DNA of 64,000 bases from Bugula neritina (lineage: Eukaryota > Animalia > Bryozoa). Shown in pieces: positions 13,301-25,671 of this stretch (its first letter is position 1; every line of letters begins with the position of its first letter). The notes under the pieces were generated by a model. It was not told the DNA's origin. It worked only from the letters and a program-made list of their open reading frames with translations, and searched no databases. The stretch lies in the NCBI GenBank assembly GCA_964035545.1, contig OZ037770.1, positions 372,001 to 436,000 on the forward strand, in the 5' to 3' direction. The position numbers and the translations under genes were made by a program.

Positions 13301-14037
13301 TCTTTCTCTGCATTCACCAACTTTAAGGCATCTAAAGCTGAAAACTCAACTCCAAACCCTTCAGTATGAGTCACTCTGAGTATATTCTGATCATAAGTCA
13401 TTTCTGGAGTCTGGGGGAGAGGTGAGAGAGTCTTCTCAAACCTAGATAGTCAAAAGTAAACCAACAAAAACACACACTACTGTGACTACAATGAAAATTC
13501 TAATTTTTATTATTACTATTTGAAATATTTAGACTAGTGAAACTAGTAAATTTTAAAGTAACTGCAACTACAGCTACTCATACTAATTACTATATAATTA
13601 TAATTACTATAAACAAAATATTGAATTTAATTTTAACTATTAGATATAAAACCACACATTTTGGTTATCATTGGCTATAAAATGAGATTAAATTATAAAT
13701 AACTCTAACTCTAAGCAACAAAACACAAACCTTGAAAAAACTAACAGTTTACTCATTACTGTTTAGACTTGATTTGAATACCGTAAAGTAAATTTGCCTA
13801 ATGAAAGCAAAAGAGTCACCTACTCTTAAGGTTAGAAATAATCTTATAAGTAATAAATATAAGTTATAATTTATAAGTTATAAGACTAAGTTATAAGTAA
13901 CAGTTATAATAATAGTATAACTTGAACTTAGTTACTTACGCTTCTCTGTCTGGTCCATCTGACTTTAAAATATGACTCTCTGTAATATTAAAGTCCCAAT
14001 TACCAAAACTAAACAAACCATGTTTTGCTGTAGCCAT
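10344..14037 (-). CDS. TIPRL: TIP41-like protein (PP2A regulator), complete, 6 exons, 259 aa
   Basis: Exons 14037-13940, 13441-13259, 12978-12876, 12490-12359, 11237-11079 and 10448-10344 (780 nt, all GT-AG). They encode MATAKHGLFSFGNW..SHILKS / PEMTYDQNILRVTHTEGFGVEFSALDALK / KPFDWTFSTTYSGTL / YEDELADNG / FILLRFYLRVDNVLVRIRDTRLY / VEKLSYPPLDST*. AATAAA lies on the minus strand at 10143-10148. Confidence 0.96.
10680..11030. repeat. (ACTC)n microsatellite in TIPRL intron 5
   Basis: Direct observation. Confidence 0.95.
11290..12358. repeat. 22-bp minisatellite (ACTAGTATATACAGTATTACTC)n filling TIPRL intron 4, roughly 48 units
   Basis: Direct periodicity; the array runs right into the exon 4 donor site. 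Confidence 0.95.
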
Positions 14038-14039
14038 AG

Positions 14040-14460
14040 CAGCAAAAAACTTATTGAAGTCAAGATTACACAACTTAATTAACAATCGTTACTGTTTAAG
14101 TTTCCAAAATAACCTCCCTTCCATTTCGATTGAAATAAAAAATTGTTTCTCATAAAGGAAGTGTTAGAGAAATTGTGGCACTACCTTCGCCAAAATGATG
14201 CAATAAAAAGCGTGAATGGTATCTTTATAAACAGTCATTTGTACGATAATAAAACTACTATCAATGAGACTACAAATTACGTCATCGATAAATATAATTT
14301 AGGGGACATTCGTCTGCTTCCGGGTTTGTCAACTAATTTGAACAACCATCGTCCACTTCTAGCCAGTGTGATTTAATCCTTTATCTCTTTGCCTTCATAT
14401 TCTCTGCTGAAATAATATTGATACTGGAACAAGTATAACTAAACACAGTTATAAGTAAGT
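14040..14460. promoter_or_regulatory. Probable bidirectional promoter of TIPRL (-) and NTase-TPR copy 1 (+)
   Basis: Head-to-head gene arrangement and a CpG-containing patch with TTACGTCA (14277-14284) and CTTCCGGG (~14317). A + strand GTAAGT donor at 14455 could end a non-coding first exon. No transcript data are available. Confidence 0.45.
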
Positions 14461-16318
14461 CATAAATAGTTGCTTTCAATAATTATTGTGGGCCTACTAA
14501 TAGTAACAGTAACTATTTACTAATTTAGAGTTAGTAAGTGTAACTGAGTTAGTAACTAAGTTGAAAATAAAAATATCTTCAAATTCAAGTTGGAGTTTAA
14601 GTTAAACTTAAAAACTAAAGTATTGATTGTCATTAAATGTAACTTATTATGAATATTTACTTCCATTAATCTACGACTCATAGTCATAGATATTATAAGT
14701 ATAACTATATACTTCAGGAATATTAACTACGTAATTTCATGGCCAGTAGCCTATTGACTCAGTTGTTTCTTAATCTGAAAGTGAAGTAATATAAATCAAT
14801 TTGGAGCTTGACTTCAAGTCAGAGTCAATAGTTGAAATTATTGTAAACTTAAAGCTAAAACTTCTGCATCAATTTCTACTTGAACTTGTTAAAAATTAAA
14901 GTATTATTTTGGAAGCAACTACTCTAACTTAAAATAACAAGCCAATAGATTTACATTGTATCTATTAATTCTAGAAGATTTATAACCCCCACTCCTTTCA
15001 TTGAAAAGGTGGACACTAGAAGTTTGCTAGACTCTATTTCCTTGCTTAGAGTTGGTCAGTGGTTGGTAGGAGCTTCCGATACCACTCGTACTCGTGGTAA
15101 AAGTTCCAGGTAAGATTTTAACTAAAATTGATTTCTTAATGCTTAAAAAGATAATTTTTATCTCTTGCGGACTCTTGTATTTTAACATTAAGAAAGGGCT
15201 TTTCAGTTCCTAAATAAAATTTTCTGCTGACATTTGTATGTGTACAATTAACAATGAGTTAATAGAACACTGCTGGAGTGAATTCACAACAATCTAGTTA
15301 AAATATAATTATTACTCTATACTCTATAGTCTGTACACTTACAATTATTGAACTTCTCTATAGTCTGTATGTTAAACTAGTTGCATTTCACAATATCTTT
15401 GATAAACAATATTCAGATGGAATGACATTTTTGTAATTACAATGCTAGTTACCACACTGAACCGCCCTTTTTAGTCTTTTCTCTGTCAGTATCTTATTTG
15501 AAACATTCAGATAAACTGTCAGAAGTTACCCTCTCCCTGTATATTAACTGAATGAATAGGTATTATTAGACACAGTCATACTAAATAGAGAACATAGAGC
15601 TAGTAATAGACAAGGTTGAACATAAGTGAAGCTATTATTGACAATTTTTATCTAATAACAACTCACTTGCCTGTTTCCTGTTTCCCAATCGACTAAAGAT
15701 TAAACTCCATTTGGTGCTAACATACTCTCACTTTGCAGATTAATTAGCAGAAGTTACCTCCTCCTGTAGTCTACTAACATCTCTTCTACTGAACTGACAT
15801 ACAATTATACATTTCAAAGGAGATAATGTGTATTTATTAGTACAGGTATGAGTGCGTGAAATAACTACCTAATAAATCAAAGTAAAGTATATGGCTTACA
15901 AAGCTATACAAGTGTTGTTATATTATGGTTGTTGTTATTGTTGTTGTTATGAATGTTTATCAATTTGTTTTAGTTTGGGTTGAACTGACAGATACAGGAG
16001 CTACTGTACACTTCATTTCTATGCTGTATTGAAATCTTATCAGGTAAAGAACAGGTAAATAATTGAATAAACTATTGACATTGTGTAACATTATAGATCA
16101 TATCTTTTTTTACATTCTTGTAATTGCCTGCGATATCTCCTGGTCCACTTTTTTTTATTATGTATTCTCATTATTATACAGCTTTAGATTGGGTTAAACT
16201 GACATATTCAAGTAATACTCACCCTATATCATTAGGTTTGGAAGTGTGATATATAAATCTATTGTGTAGGCCAGTATCAGTTCTATTTAATATTATCAGA
16301 TGTGATTCATATCACAAC

Positions 16319-19300
16319 ATGGAGGACTACACTAATATATTAAAGTTAGAAGAGCTGACCATAGAATACCAAAAGAAGGCTGAAACTAGTAGAAACTGGG
16401 TGCACCATCTACAGGTATAGTTTGTTGCTATTTTAGTTAAACAGTTGTTTAGCTATCATAAACATGATATGACATAACATGAAAGTTTATTAGAAGGGTT
16501 AAAACTAACTACAGAGGAGCATGTATGTTGTTGAAGTCGAAGACCAGCTGAAGACAAATTAGACATGTGTATTTTTCTAATGAGTTTATAGGAAGTACAT
16601 TTTATTATTCTGAATAACGACTGCATATTGCTCAGCTTGAAAAAACTGCATCATCCTTGATCTGTAGGCTCATGGACTAGCTAACAGATGTCTGGCTCTA
16701 GAGTTCAGTGAGGAGAGACAGAGGAGAGTCTACCAGATAGAAGACTGTTGGTACGAACGAAGACATCCACTCAGCTATGAGGAACATCAGGAATTGACAA
16801 AGAAACATCTCAAGCTACTGGAGGACTACAGAACTGAGACAACAACTGACTTCAGCTCTATTGACACAAGTAACTTGAAACTTGATAACTATCCTTCAGC
16901 TAATCAGCTCACTGAGTTTAGTAATTCTGTATTTGAATTAAGTCAAAAGTGCAGTGATAACTTTATATCAACATGTAGTAAGTTTATACAGTCCAGTGTT
17001 GATACTTTGAGTACATCAGGTTTAAATATTCCCTGTTCATTTGCTGTGATTGGTCTTGGTTCTGTTGCTCGTGGTACAGCCACTCCATATTCTGACCTAG
17101 AGTATGCCTTTGTCGTTGAGTCAGACTCTCATATTGACTACTTTACTAAACTAGCAGTTGATAGCTACTTTAGAATTGGTAATATGGGAGAGTCACCATT
17201 GAAGGGTTTTAATATTCCTGAACTAGACAAATCATACACAGATAGTGCTACTGTAGGGTTCCGTATTGATGGAATATCCACAAATGCTGGAAATATTCCC
17301 ACAGGGAAAGGAGATGGTAGCAGGGGTTTGATATTGACTGTTGAACAGTTGACTGAACTATACTCTGAGACACTGACTACACCAGCTGGTGATATAGCAG
17401 ATATAGCTGATCTGTTATCTTCTATTGTCATGATATGTGCATATGAAAATGGTGAAATTCTGTTTGACAACACTCTTGAAAACTTTCAAACTATTTTAGC
17501 AGAAAATGTAAACAATTCAGTTGTGATAAACAAACGACTGAAATTATTAAAAACAGATGCTGAATCTTACAATTTTCTCCCAACCTTCAAATCCTTTGGA
17601 CCTCCTGACAACACAAAACTCAAACTTAAAGGTGATATTTTTCGATACCCAACACTGTTAGTTGACCACCTGAGACTGTTGATAGCTTTAGATAAAATGA
17701 CTCCTTGGTCTATAATATGCCACTTGAAAGAGCAGAACTTTGTGACTGACAAACAACTGTTTAGACTAAACCTAATAACAGCTATGGCCATATACATCAG
17801 AACAACTGCATACTTACAATCAGGAACTCAAAAAGATCATTTCTCTTTATATCCTCCCACTGAATGTCACACCAAAGGAATTTATCATTTATCTAGAGAC
17901 ATGTTTGTTCTATTAGCATTTATGATTGTTCCTGTGAAGAAATTTGTTAAAAGAAACTTGAATAATATTAATTGTGAAAGTGAATGGATAGGCTCTGCTG
18001 TTTTGAGAAGACTAGTGAACCAAATTGGTTTAGATAACCCAGGTTTCACATTGAAAATGGAGGTGGAATTTTTTTGTGGAGATTTTGAGCAATCCATTCA
18101 AACTGTTAAAGCAAATTGTGGTGCTGATATATTTGATAAAAATCCTAAAGATTTTGGTGAAACAATCAACAGTTCATATTATTCAGACTCTTTAGTTGCA
18201 TCTCAGGATTTTGAGCATGGAGACAATAATGTGTTAACCGCTCAACTCAAATACATTGAAATGGCTGCATATCTATTGTACTCCTCTAGAAAGTATGATA
18301 GTTGTCTTAAGTATTTTACTTGGTTAGCAGAAAACTGTGTAAAGTCTGCATCTGATAGGTTGAAATGGAAAGTGTTAGCTGCTGACTCCGCCAATCAGCT
18401 TCACAATTACCATGACGTCTTCTCTTTGATTGGTGAAGTTTTGTGTACCATTAGATCAAAGTACAAACTAAAGAATAATCAAACTCTGTACAGATTTGTG
18501 AGAGACCAGGCTAAACACGATCAGCATTCAGCTGAAGACAGAGAGTTGTTTGAAATTGTTGCACAAGCTTTAAGAGTGACTAGCAAAGCTTATGAGAATG
18601 TAAAACATTATGTGCAAGCTGAAGAGTTGGCAAATGCAGCACTCTCACTTTTTGATAGTCTGTATTCCCAAAGGTCAGGGCAGCAATTTGGCAGTCATTA
18701 TGTAGATTTGATAGTTTCCCTTGCTTTGCTACAGTCAGAAAGAGGTGAACATGATGAAGGTGTTGAATACTTGACTCATCATTTAGATAAGTTAAAAGAA
18801 GTTCACACTGACCAGACTAACCACCCAGACATTGCCCTTCTACTGAGTGGTTTAGGTCAACTTTATGAAAAAGCTGAAAATTATGACATCTCCTTAGATT
18901 TCTATAACAGAGCTTTAGCTATGACAAAAAGTTTGTACAGTTTGGATCATGTTGATGTTGCTCAGTGCTATCGGAGAGTTGCAGCTCTACAGGCTGAAAT
19001 AGGTGATTATAATTTATCTTGCAGCAACTATCAAATTGTAGAAAGGTTGTTTGATAAGTTGAAGGTTAATGAGCATGAGAAAGCTGGTCTGTTAGTAGAA
19101 ATTGGTCTTCTTCATTGCTGTAAGAGTGAATATGACTCAGCTCTGTCATATCTTGATTTAGCTCTCAGTATGATAGAGTCTAAAGTAGAAACCATCCACA
19201 TAGATATGGCAGATATAAACTCTGCATATGGTAGAGTTTATAGTAAAATGGGACAAACAGAACTTGCATTAGAATATTACACAAAGTCTCTAGAAATAAC

Positions 19301-22300
19301 CAAAGAAGTTCTGAGTAGTATTGATGGTATTCCATTGTTATCTCAACTCTATGGTGAGATGGGAAAGTTGTCTGTCGAACTGAGCGCAGAGGCTATGATG
19401 TTGAATATTGAGAGAGCTAGTAGAGAGGTGAACAGTGTTAGTCCTGATGTAGCTTCTTGTTATATGAGAGTTGGTAATGTCTATAGAGATATGTGTCTGT
19501 ATGAGCAGTCTTTGCTGTACCTCAATGAGGCATGTGAAATGTTCAGGGCTGTCTATGGCAGTGATGCAGTGCATGCAGATATTGCTAGTAGTTATAACAA
19601 TATTGGTCTTGTGTATAGTGACATGGGTGAATATAGCAAAGCACTAGAGTACTATAGGAAGAGTCTTGAGATGAGACAAGCTGTGTATGGCAGTGATGCA
19701 GTACATGCAGACATTGCTAGCAGTTATAACAATATTGGTAATGTGTATAGTAACATGGGTGAATATAGCAAGGCACTAGAGTACTATAGGAAGAGTCTAG
19801 AGATGCTGTTAGCTGTCTATGGTAATGATGCAGTACATGCAGACATTGCTGGTAGTTATACCAATATTGGTATTGTGTATGGTAACATGGGTGAATATAG
19901 CAAGGCACTAGAGTACTATAGGAAGGGTCTAGAGATGAAACAAGCTGTCTATGGCAGTGATGCAGTGCATGCAGACATTGCTAATAGTTATAACAATATT
20001 GGTGCTGTGTATAGTAACATGGGTGAATATAGCAAGGCACTAGAGTACTATAGGAAGGGTCTAGAGATGCAGCTAGCTGTCTATGGCAGTAAGGCTACAC
20101 ATGCACACATTGCTAGTAGTTATAACAGTATTGGTAGTGTGTATAGTAACATGGGTGAATATAGCAAGGCAATAGAGTACTATAGGAAGGGTCTAGAGAT
20201 GAGACAAGCTGTCTATGGCAGTGATGCAGTGCATGCAGACATTGCTAGTAGTTATAACAATATTGGTATTGTGTATAGTGACATGGGTGAATATAGCAAG
20301 GCAATAGAGTACTATAGGAAGGGTCTAGAGATGAGACAAGCTGTCTATGGCAGTGATGCAGTGCATGCAGACATTGCTAGTAGTTATAACAATATTGGTA
20401 GTGTGTATAGTGACATGGGTGAATATAGCAAGGCACTAGAGTACTATAGGAAGGGTCTAGAAATGAGACAAGCTGTCTATGGCAGTGATGCAGTGCATGC
20501 ACACATAGCTAGTAGTTATAACAGTATTGGTAATGTGTATATTAACATGGGTGAACATTGCAAGGCACTAGAGTACTATAGGAAGGGTCTAGAGATGAGA
20601 CAAGCTGTCTATGGCAGTGAGGCTACACATGCAAACACTGCTGGTAGTTATAACAATATTGGTATTGTGTATAGTAACATGGGTGAATATAGCAAGGCAC
20701 TAGAGTACTATATGAGAGGTCTAGAGATGGAGCTAGCTGTCTATGGCAGTGATGCAGTACATGCAGACATTGCTAATAGTTATAACAATATTGGTATTGT
20801 GTATAGTGACATGGGTGAATATAGCAAGGCACTAGAGTACTATAGGAAGAGTCTTGAGATGAGACAAGCTGTGTATGGCAGTGATGCAGTACATGCAGAC
20901 ATTGCTAGCAGTTATAACAATATTGGTATTGTGTATAATCACATGGGTGAATATAGCAAGGCACTAGAGTACTATAGGAAGGGTCTAGAGATGAGACAAG
21001 CTGTCTATGGCAGTGATGCAGTGCATGCAGATATTGCTAGCAGTTATAACAATATTGGTAATGTGTATAGTAACATGGGTGAATATAGCAAGGCACTAGA
21101 GTACTATAGGAAGAGTCTTGAGATGAGACAAGCTGTCTATGGCAGTGATGCAGTGCATGCACACATTGCTTGTAGTTATAACAATATTGGTGGTGTGTAT
21201 TGTAACATGGGTAAATATAGCAAGGCACTAGAGTACCATAGGAAGAGTCTAGAGATGAGACAAGCTGTCTATGGCAGTGATGCAGTACATGCAGACATTG
21301 CTAGTAGTTATACCAGTATTGGTAGTGTGAATAGTAAGATGGGTGAATATAGCAAGGCACTAGAGTACTATGAGAAGGGTCTAGAGATGAGACAAGCTGC
21401 CTATGGCAGTGATGCAGTGCATGCAGATATTGCTAGTTGTTATACCAATATTGGTAGTGTGTATAGTTACATGGGTGAATATAGCAAGGCACTAGGGTAC
21501 CATAGGAAGAGTCTAGAGATGGTGCTAGCTGTCTATGGCAGTGATGCAGCACATGCCCACATTGCTGGTAGTTATAACAATATTGGTAATGTGTATAGTG
21601 ACATGGGTGAATATAGCAAGGCACTAGAGTACTATAGGAAGGGCCTAGAGATGAGACAAGCTGTCTATGGCAGTGATGGAGTGCATGCACACATTGCTGG
21701 TAGTTATACCAATATTGGTGGTGTGTATAGTAACATGGGTGAATATAGCAAGGCACTAGAGTACCATAGGAAGAGTCTAGAGATGCAGCTAGCTGTCTAT
21801 GGCAGTGATGCAGTGCATGCAGACATTGCTAGTAGTTATAACAATATTGGTGGTGTGTATAGTAACATGGGTGAATATAGCAAGGCACTAGAGTACCATA
21901 GGAAGGGTCTAGAGATGCAGCTAGCTGTCTATGGCAGTGATGCAGTGCATGCAGACATTGCTAGTAGTTATAACAATATTGGTTTTGTGTATAGTAACAT
22001 GGGTGAATATAGCAAGGCACTAGAGTACTATAGGAAGGGTCTAGAGATGAGACAAGACGTCTATGGCAGTGATGCAGTGCATGCACACATTGCTGGTAGT
22101 TATAACAATATTGGTAATGTGTATAGTGACATGGGTGAATATAGCAGGGCACTAGAGTACTATAGGAAGGGTCTAGAGATGAAACAAGCTGTCTATGGCA
22201 GTGATGCAGTGCATGCAGACGTTTCTAGTAGTTATTACAATATTGGTGTTGTGTATAGTAACATTGGAGAATATAGCAAGGCACTAGAGTACTATAGGAA

Positions 22301-23471
22301 GGGTCTAGAGATGCAGTTAGCTGTCTATGGCAGTGATGCAGTGCATGCCCACATTGCTGGTGGTTATAACAATATTGGTGGTGTGTATAGTAACATGGGT
22401 GAATATAGCAAGGCACTAGAGTACTATAGGAAGAGTCTAGAGATGCAGCTAGCTGTCTATGGCAGTGATGCAGTGCATTCAGACCTTGCTAGTAGTTATA
22501 ACAATATTGGTATTGTGTATAAATACATGGGTGAATACAGCAAGGCACTAGAGTACTATGGGAAGAGTCTAGAGATGAGACAAGCTGTCTATGACAGTGA
22601 TGCAGTGCATGCACACATTGCTAGTAGTTATAACAACATAGCCTCAGTTCATCACAAACTCTCAGACTACACCTCATCCCTCCATTACTATAGCAAAAGC
22701 ATAGACATGCATAAAGCAGTCTATGGTGAAGGAACCAATCATAATAACATTGCTGAAAGTTATAGAGGTATTGCTGATGTGTACACAGATACAGGTGAAT
22801 ATACAAAGTCACTACATTATCTCACCTTGTCTCTAGACATGACTAAAGCTATACATGGTGACAATACCACTCACATAGATATAGCAGACACTTACCATAA
22901 ACTGGGTAGACTGTATCATAATGCAGGTCAATATACACACTCAGTACACTGCTATAACATGGCCCTTGTAGAGAGAGATAGGTGTAATACTGCTCATCTC
23001 CCTCTATATACAGCTGTGTTAGTCAGTCTCTCTCAGACTGTAATCTCATCATCAGACTACAAACACGCTAAGGGTCTCCTACTACTCGCTCTCAAACATT
23101 CACCTACTGACTACTGTAAGGATACTCGGGCTAATATCTGTCAACTCTTAGGACAGTGTTGTCTCCACTTACATCAGTACAGAAAGTGTTGGAAATATTT
23201 ATATTCAGCTCTCTGTTACTATGAGTCACTTCCTTCCTCCAACTGGAAGATGAAATCTCTAGCTCAGGTTCATTTGTACATCTCCCACTTGCTCTTACAT
23301 CTGGGTCATGTTTCACAGGCTATAGAACACTCTGAGTTAGCTTTTGATTTTGTAGAAAGTGTTTTAGTTGACAGAGATAACATAACTCCTGAATTTACTA
23401 GACTGTATACAGACATTACACACATGATTCTTGGTTTATATTCAACTCTTACTCTGTATATAGATATATAG
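16319..23471 (+). CDS. Nucleotidyltransferase (DUF294/GlnD-like, Pol-beta fold)-TPR array protein, copy 1, intact, 2299 aa
   Basis: Coding exon 1 is 16319-16414 (MEDYTNILKLEEL...WVHHLQ, GT donor). Exon 2 is 16668-23471 (AG acceptor, in frame with ORF 16794..23471). The NTase motif FAVIGLGSVARGTATPYSDLEYAFV is at ~17040-17115, with a candidate third Asp in FRID (17268-17270) and a helical DUF294_C-like segment at ~17620-17820. Degenerate TPRs follow, then 23 near-identical 44-aa TPR units and degenerate C-terminal TPRs. Confidence 0.9.
19548..22583 (+). repeat. Coding 132-bp tandem repeat, 23 units (AVYGSDAVHADIASSYNNIGxVYSxMGEYSKALEYYRKxLEMxx)
   Basis: (22584-19548)/132 = 23 exactly; there are no indels between units. 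Confidence 0.95.
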
Positions 23472-25671
23472 ACATACAGTACTTCTATAGTATTTAGTAT
23501 TCTATATTCTCAGTTAAACAGTCTGTATGTTTAAATGACTTTTTCAGCTACATTTCTCTTGTCTTCTTCTTTATAGTATCAACATTTTATGCATTTTTAG
23601 TCGTTTTGTTGAATTTGTGTTGGAAAATGCTGTATTTAGTCAAATATACTATTCAAAGTCATTTTTTCTAATAGTTATCACTCCTTAGTCTTCTACTTTT
23701 ATACTTATTATATATAGTAATTGCATATACTAAGTTTGTATGGATATACATTTCTTGTTCATAAAATAGCCATCCCACAGCACATTTTCTTCTCTTTTCT
23801 TTTGCTTCATGGAGCTATGGTAACAATTTCTGTATTTTATTGTGTATATAATTGTATGTTGGTTTTCCTATTGGTTATCTTATAATGGCTTTACAGTGTA
23901 AATAATGCTGTTTGTAATTTTTGTGGAATTTCTGTATATAAATTTATTAAATATAATATATCTCAAGATGTCTAAAAGTTACACAAGACATTTCATTTCA
24001 ACAAGTTGGCTGTATAGCCTACTTTCTTCACACTGATGAAGACACCTCAGTGTTTGTATTTTAGGAATCAAAGTAAAAATTTATTGACACATTACAGTCA
24101 AGTAGTATTTATTTGTTCACACATATCTTGGCTATAATCAGCTAATTAAAGACAAAAAAGAAGTTACATTTTGCATTATATAATAGTTGCCTTCATCAAT
24201 TTTTGAGTGACTTGACTGCATATACTCAGTTCACCTGCATGTGTACAACAGCCAAAGTAATCTAATACTTGGTAATCTTTGCATTTATTACCATGACCCG
24301 TTGCCGTTTGAAAATAAGATTGCCTTACATCACATGTTAGCAGTAAATAAAACATGCATTATATATTTAGCAAAGCCTAATTGGTTAATCATGCATTAAC
24401 TATCTAAGCATAAGCTTTTTTCAACTGCGGCTATATAGTTTGATAAAACTGAACTTTAGTTAACATAAAAACTCTTTTTTTAGCTTAACTCTCTGTCCAA
24501 AAGAAGGATACCCTACGAGAAATAACTGCCTAGCAGATTATATTCATATACTTGCTATCAGTTTGCTCAGCCGGTAATTATATGCAGTAGAAAACAACAA
24601 GTAAAAACAAATCATTTAAATGAAACTAACTTTGATATACTTAGTAACCTCTGCAATTATCACAATGACCTGCTCCTATAAGATAATTAGTGATAGATTT
24701 GGTGAGAGGAACTAAATCTCGGTAAATGGCATTTGTATAAGATTAATATAGTTTCAAAGGTTTGTTGCATTAAACAGTAATTTACTTGGTAAAGAATGTC
24801 AGCTTCATTTTACTAATAGTCAGTATATATAGGAACTTCTCAGCTAAGATTAAGCTGAGGTTTTCTACGACTCAATTAACTTGACTTAGAACTTTGTAGT
24901 GCTAGCTAGCTAAGATTACTCTGGGTTTGGGTTATATATAAATATAAAGTAAAGAATCTGTAATTGCATGCAGTGGATTGAAGTTGCACAAGTGTGATTA
25001 GAAGCACTTTGCAATGAATTTGAAGAGTTTCAAACAGCTTGGCTTTACCATGAGTTATGTACACTATTATGAAACTTGTACTTTAATTATAGCCAACTTT
25101 CACCACATGCTATTTTTAGCTGCTATAACAACACGCAGTCCAATCACCAGGCTGGGTTAAAAGTCCAAATGCCAAATCAATTCAGTAAATGTGAGCAAAA
25201 TTCATCATAAACAAAATTATTTGAACATAATACAACCCTAAACCAGCATGTAGCAAATACATGTAATATAATCTTAATACTACATAAGTGTAGTGTTTCA
25301 GTTACCATGGAAACAACTTTCTTGAATCAAAATTTATTCACTTTTATTTAGAATAGAGAGCAACTGTTTTTATTAATAATAAAATAATAGCGAATATAAC
25401 ACCATGAAATGATGTATTATATTACAAGTAATCAAATCAACATAGCCTATCAGCATATGAAATAGATATGAACATAATTATGTGTCTAAAAAACTACAGT
25501 AAATACTAAGATGTGGTGAAATCAATTATATAGAATCTAATTTGGAGTTATATTCTCAATAGTGAATTGAATTATAGAAAACTTGGAATACTCATAGAAA
25601 ACTTTTAAAGAACTTTTAGTTCCCATGAATTGAAAAATCAGTCTACCCTGATATAGCATAAGTTCCAGTGT

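Noticed and set aside
19548-22583. Variable codons look like AAY with substitutions at A positions, as in diversity-generating retroelements
   Set aside because: There is no DGR-type RT and no template/variable repeat pair; the only RT is a decayed R4-like LINE. Some variants (AAG, AAA, CAA) change non-A or third positions. Selection for amino-acid change plus unit conversion explains the pattern.
17165-23316. Recurrent antisense ORFs (e.g. MPCYIHPCY...) and their paralogs in copies 2 and 3
   Set aside because: They are shadows of the sense coding sequence and its 132-bp repeat, with no independent coding evidence.
16794-23471. Annotation as kinesin light chain, nephrocystin-3 or TTC28 ortholog
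   Set aside because: Similarity would come only from generic TPR units; there is no KLC heptad region, NACHT/P-loop or CHAT domain, and the N-terminus is an NTase.
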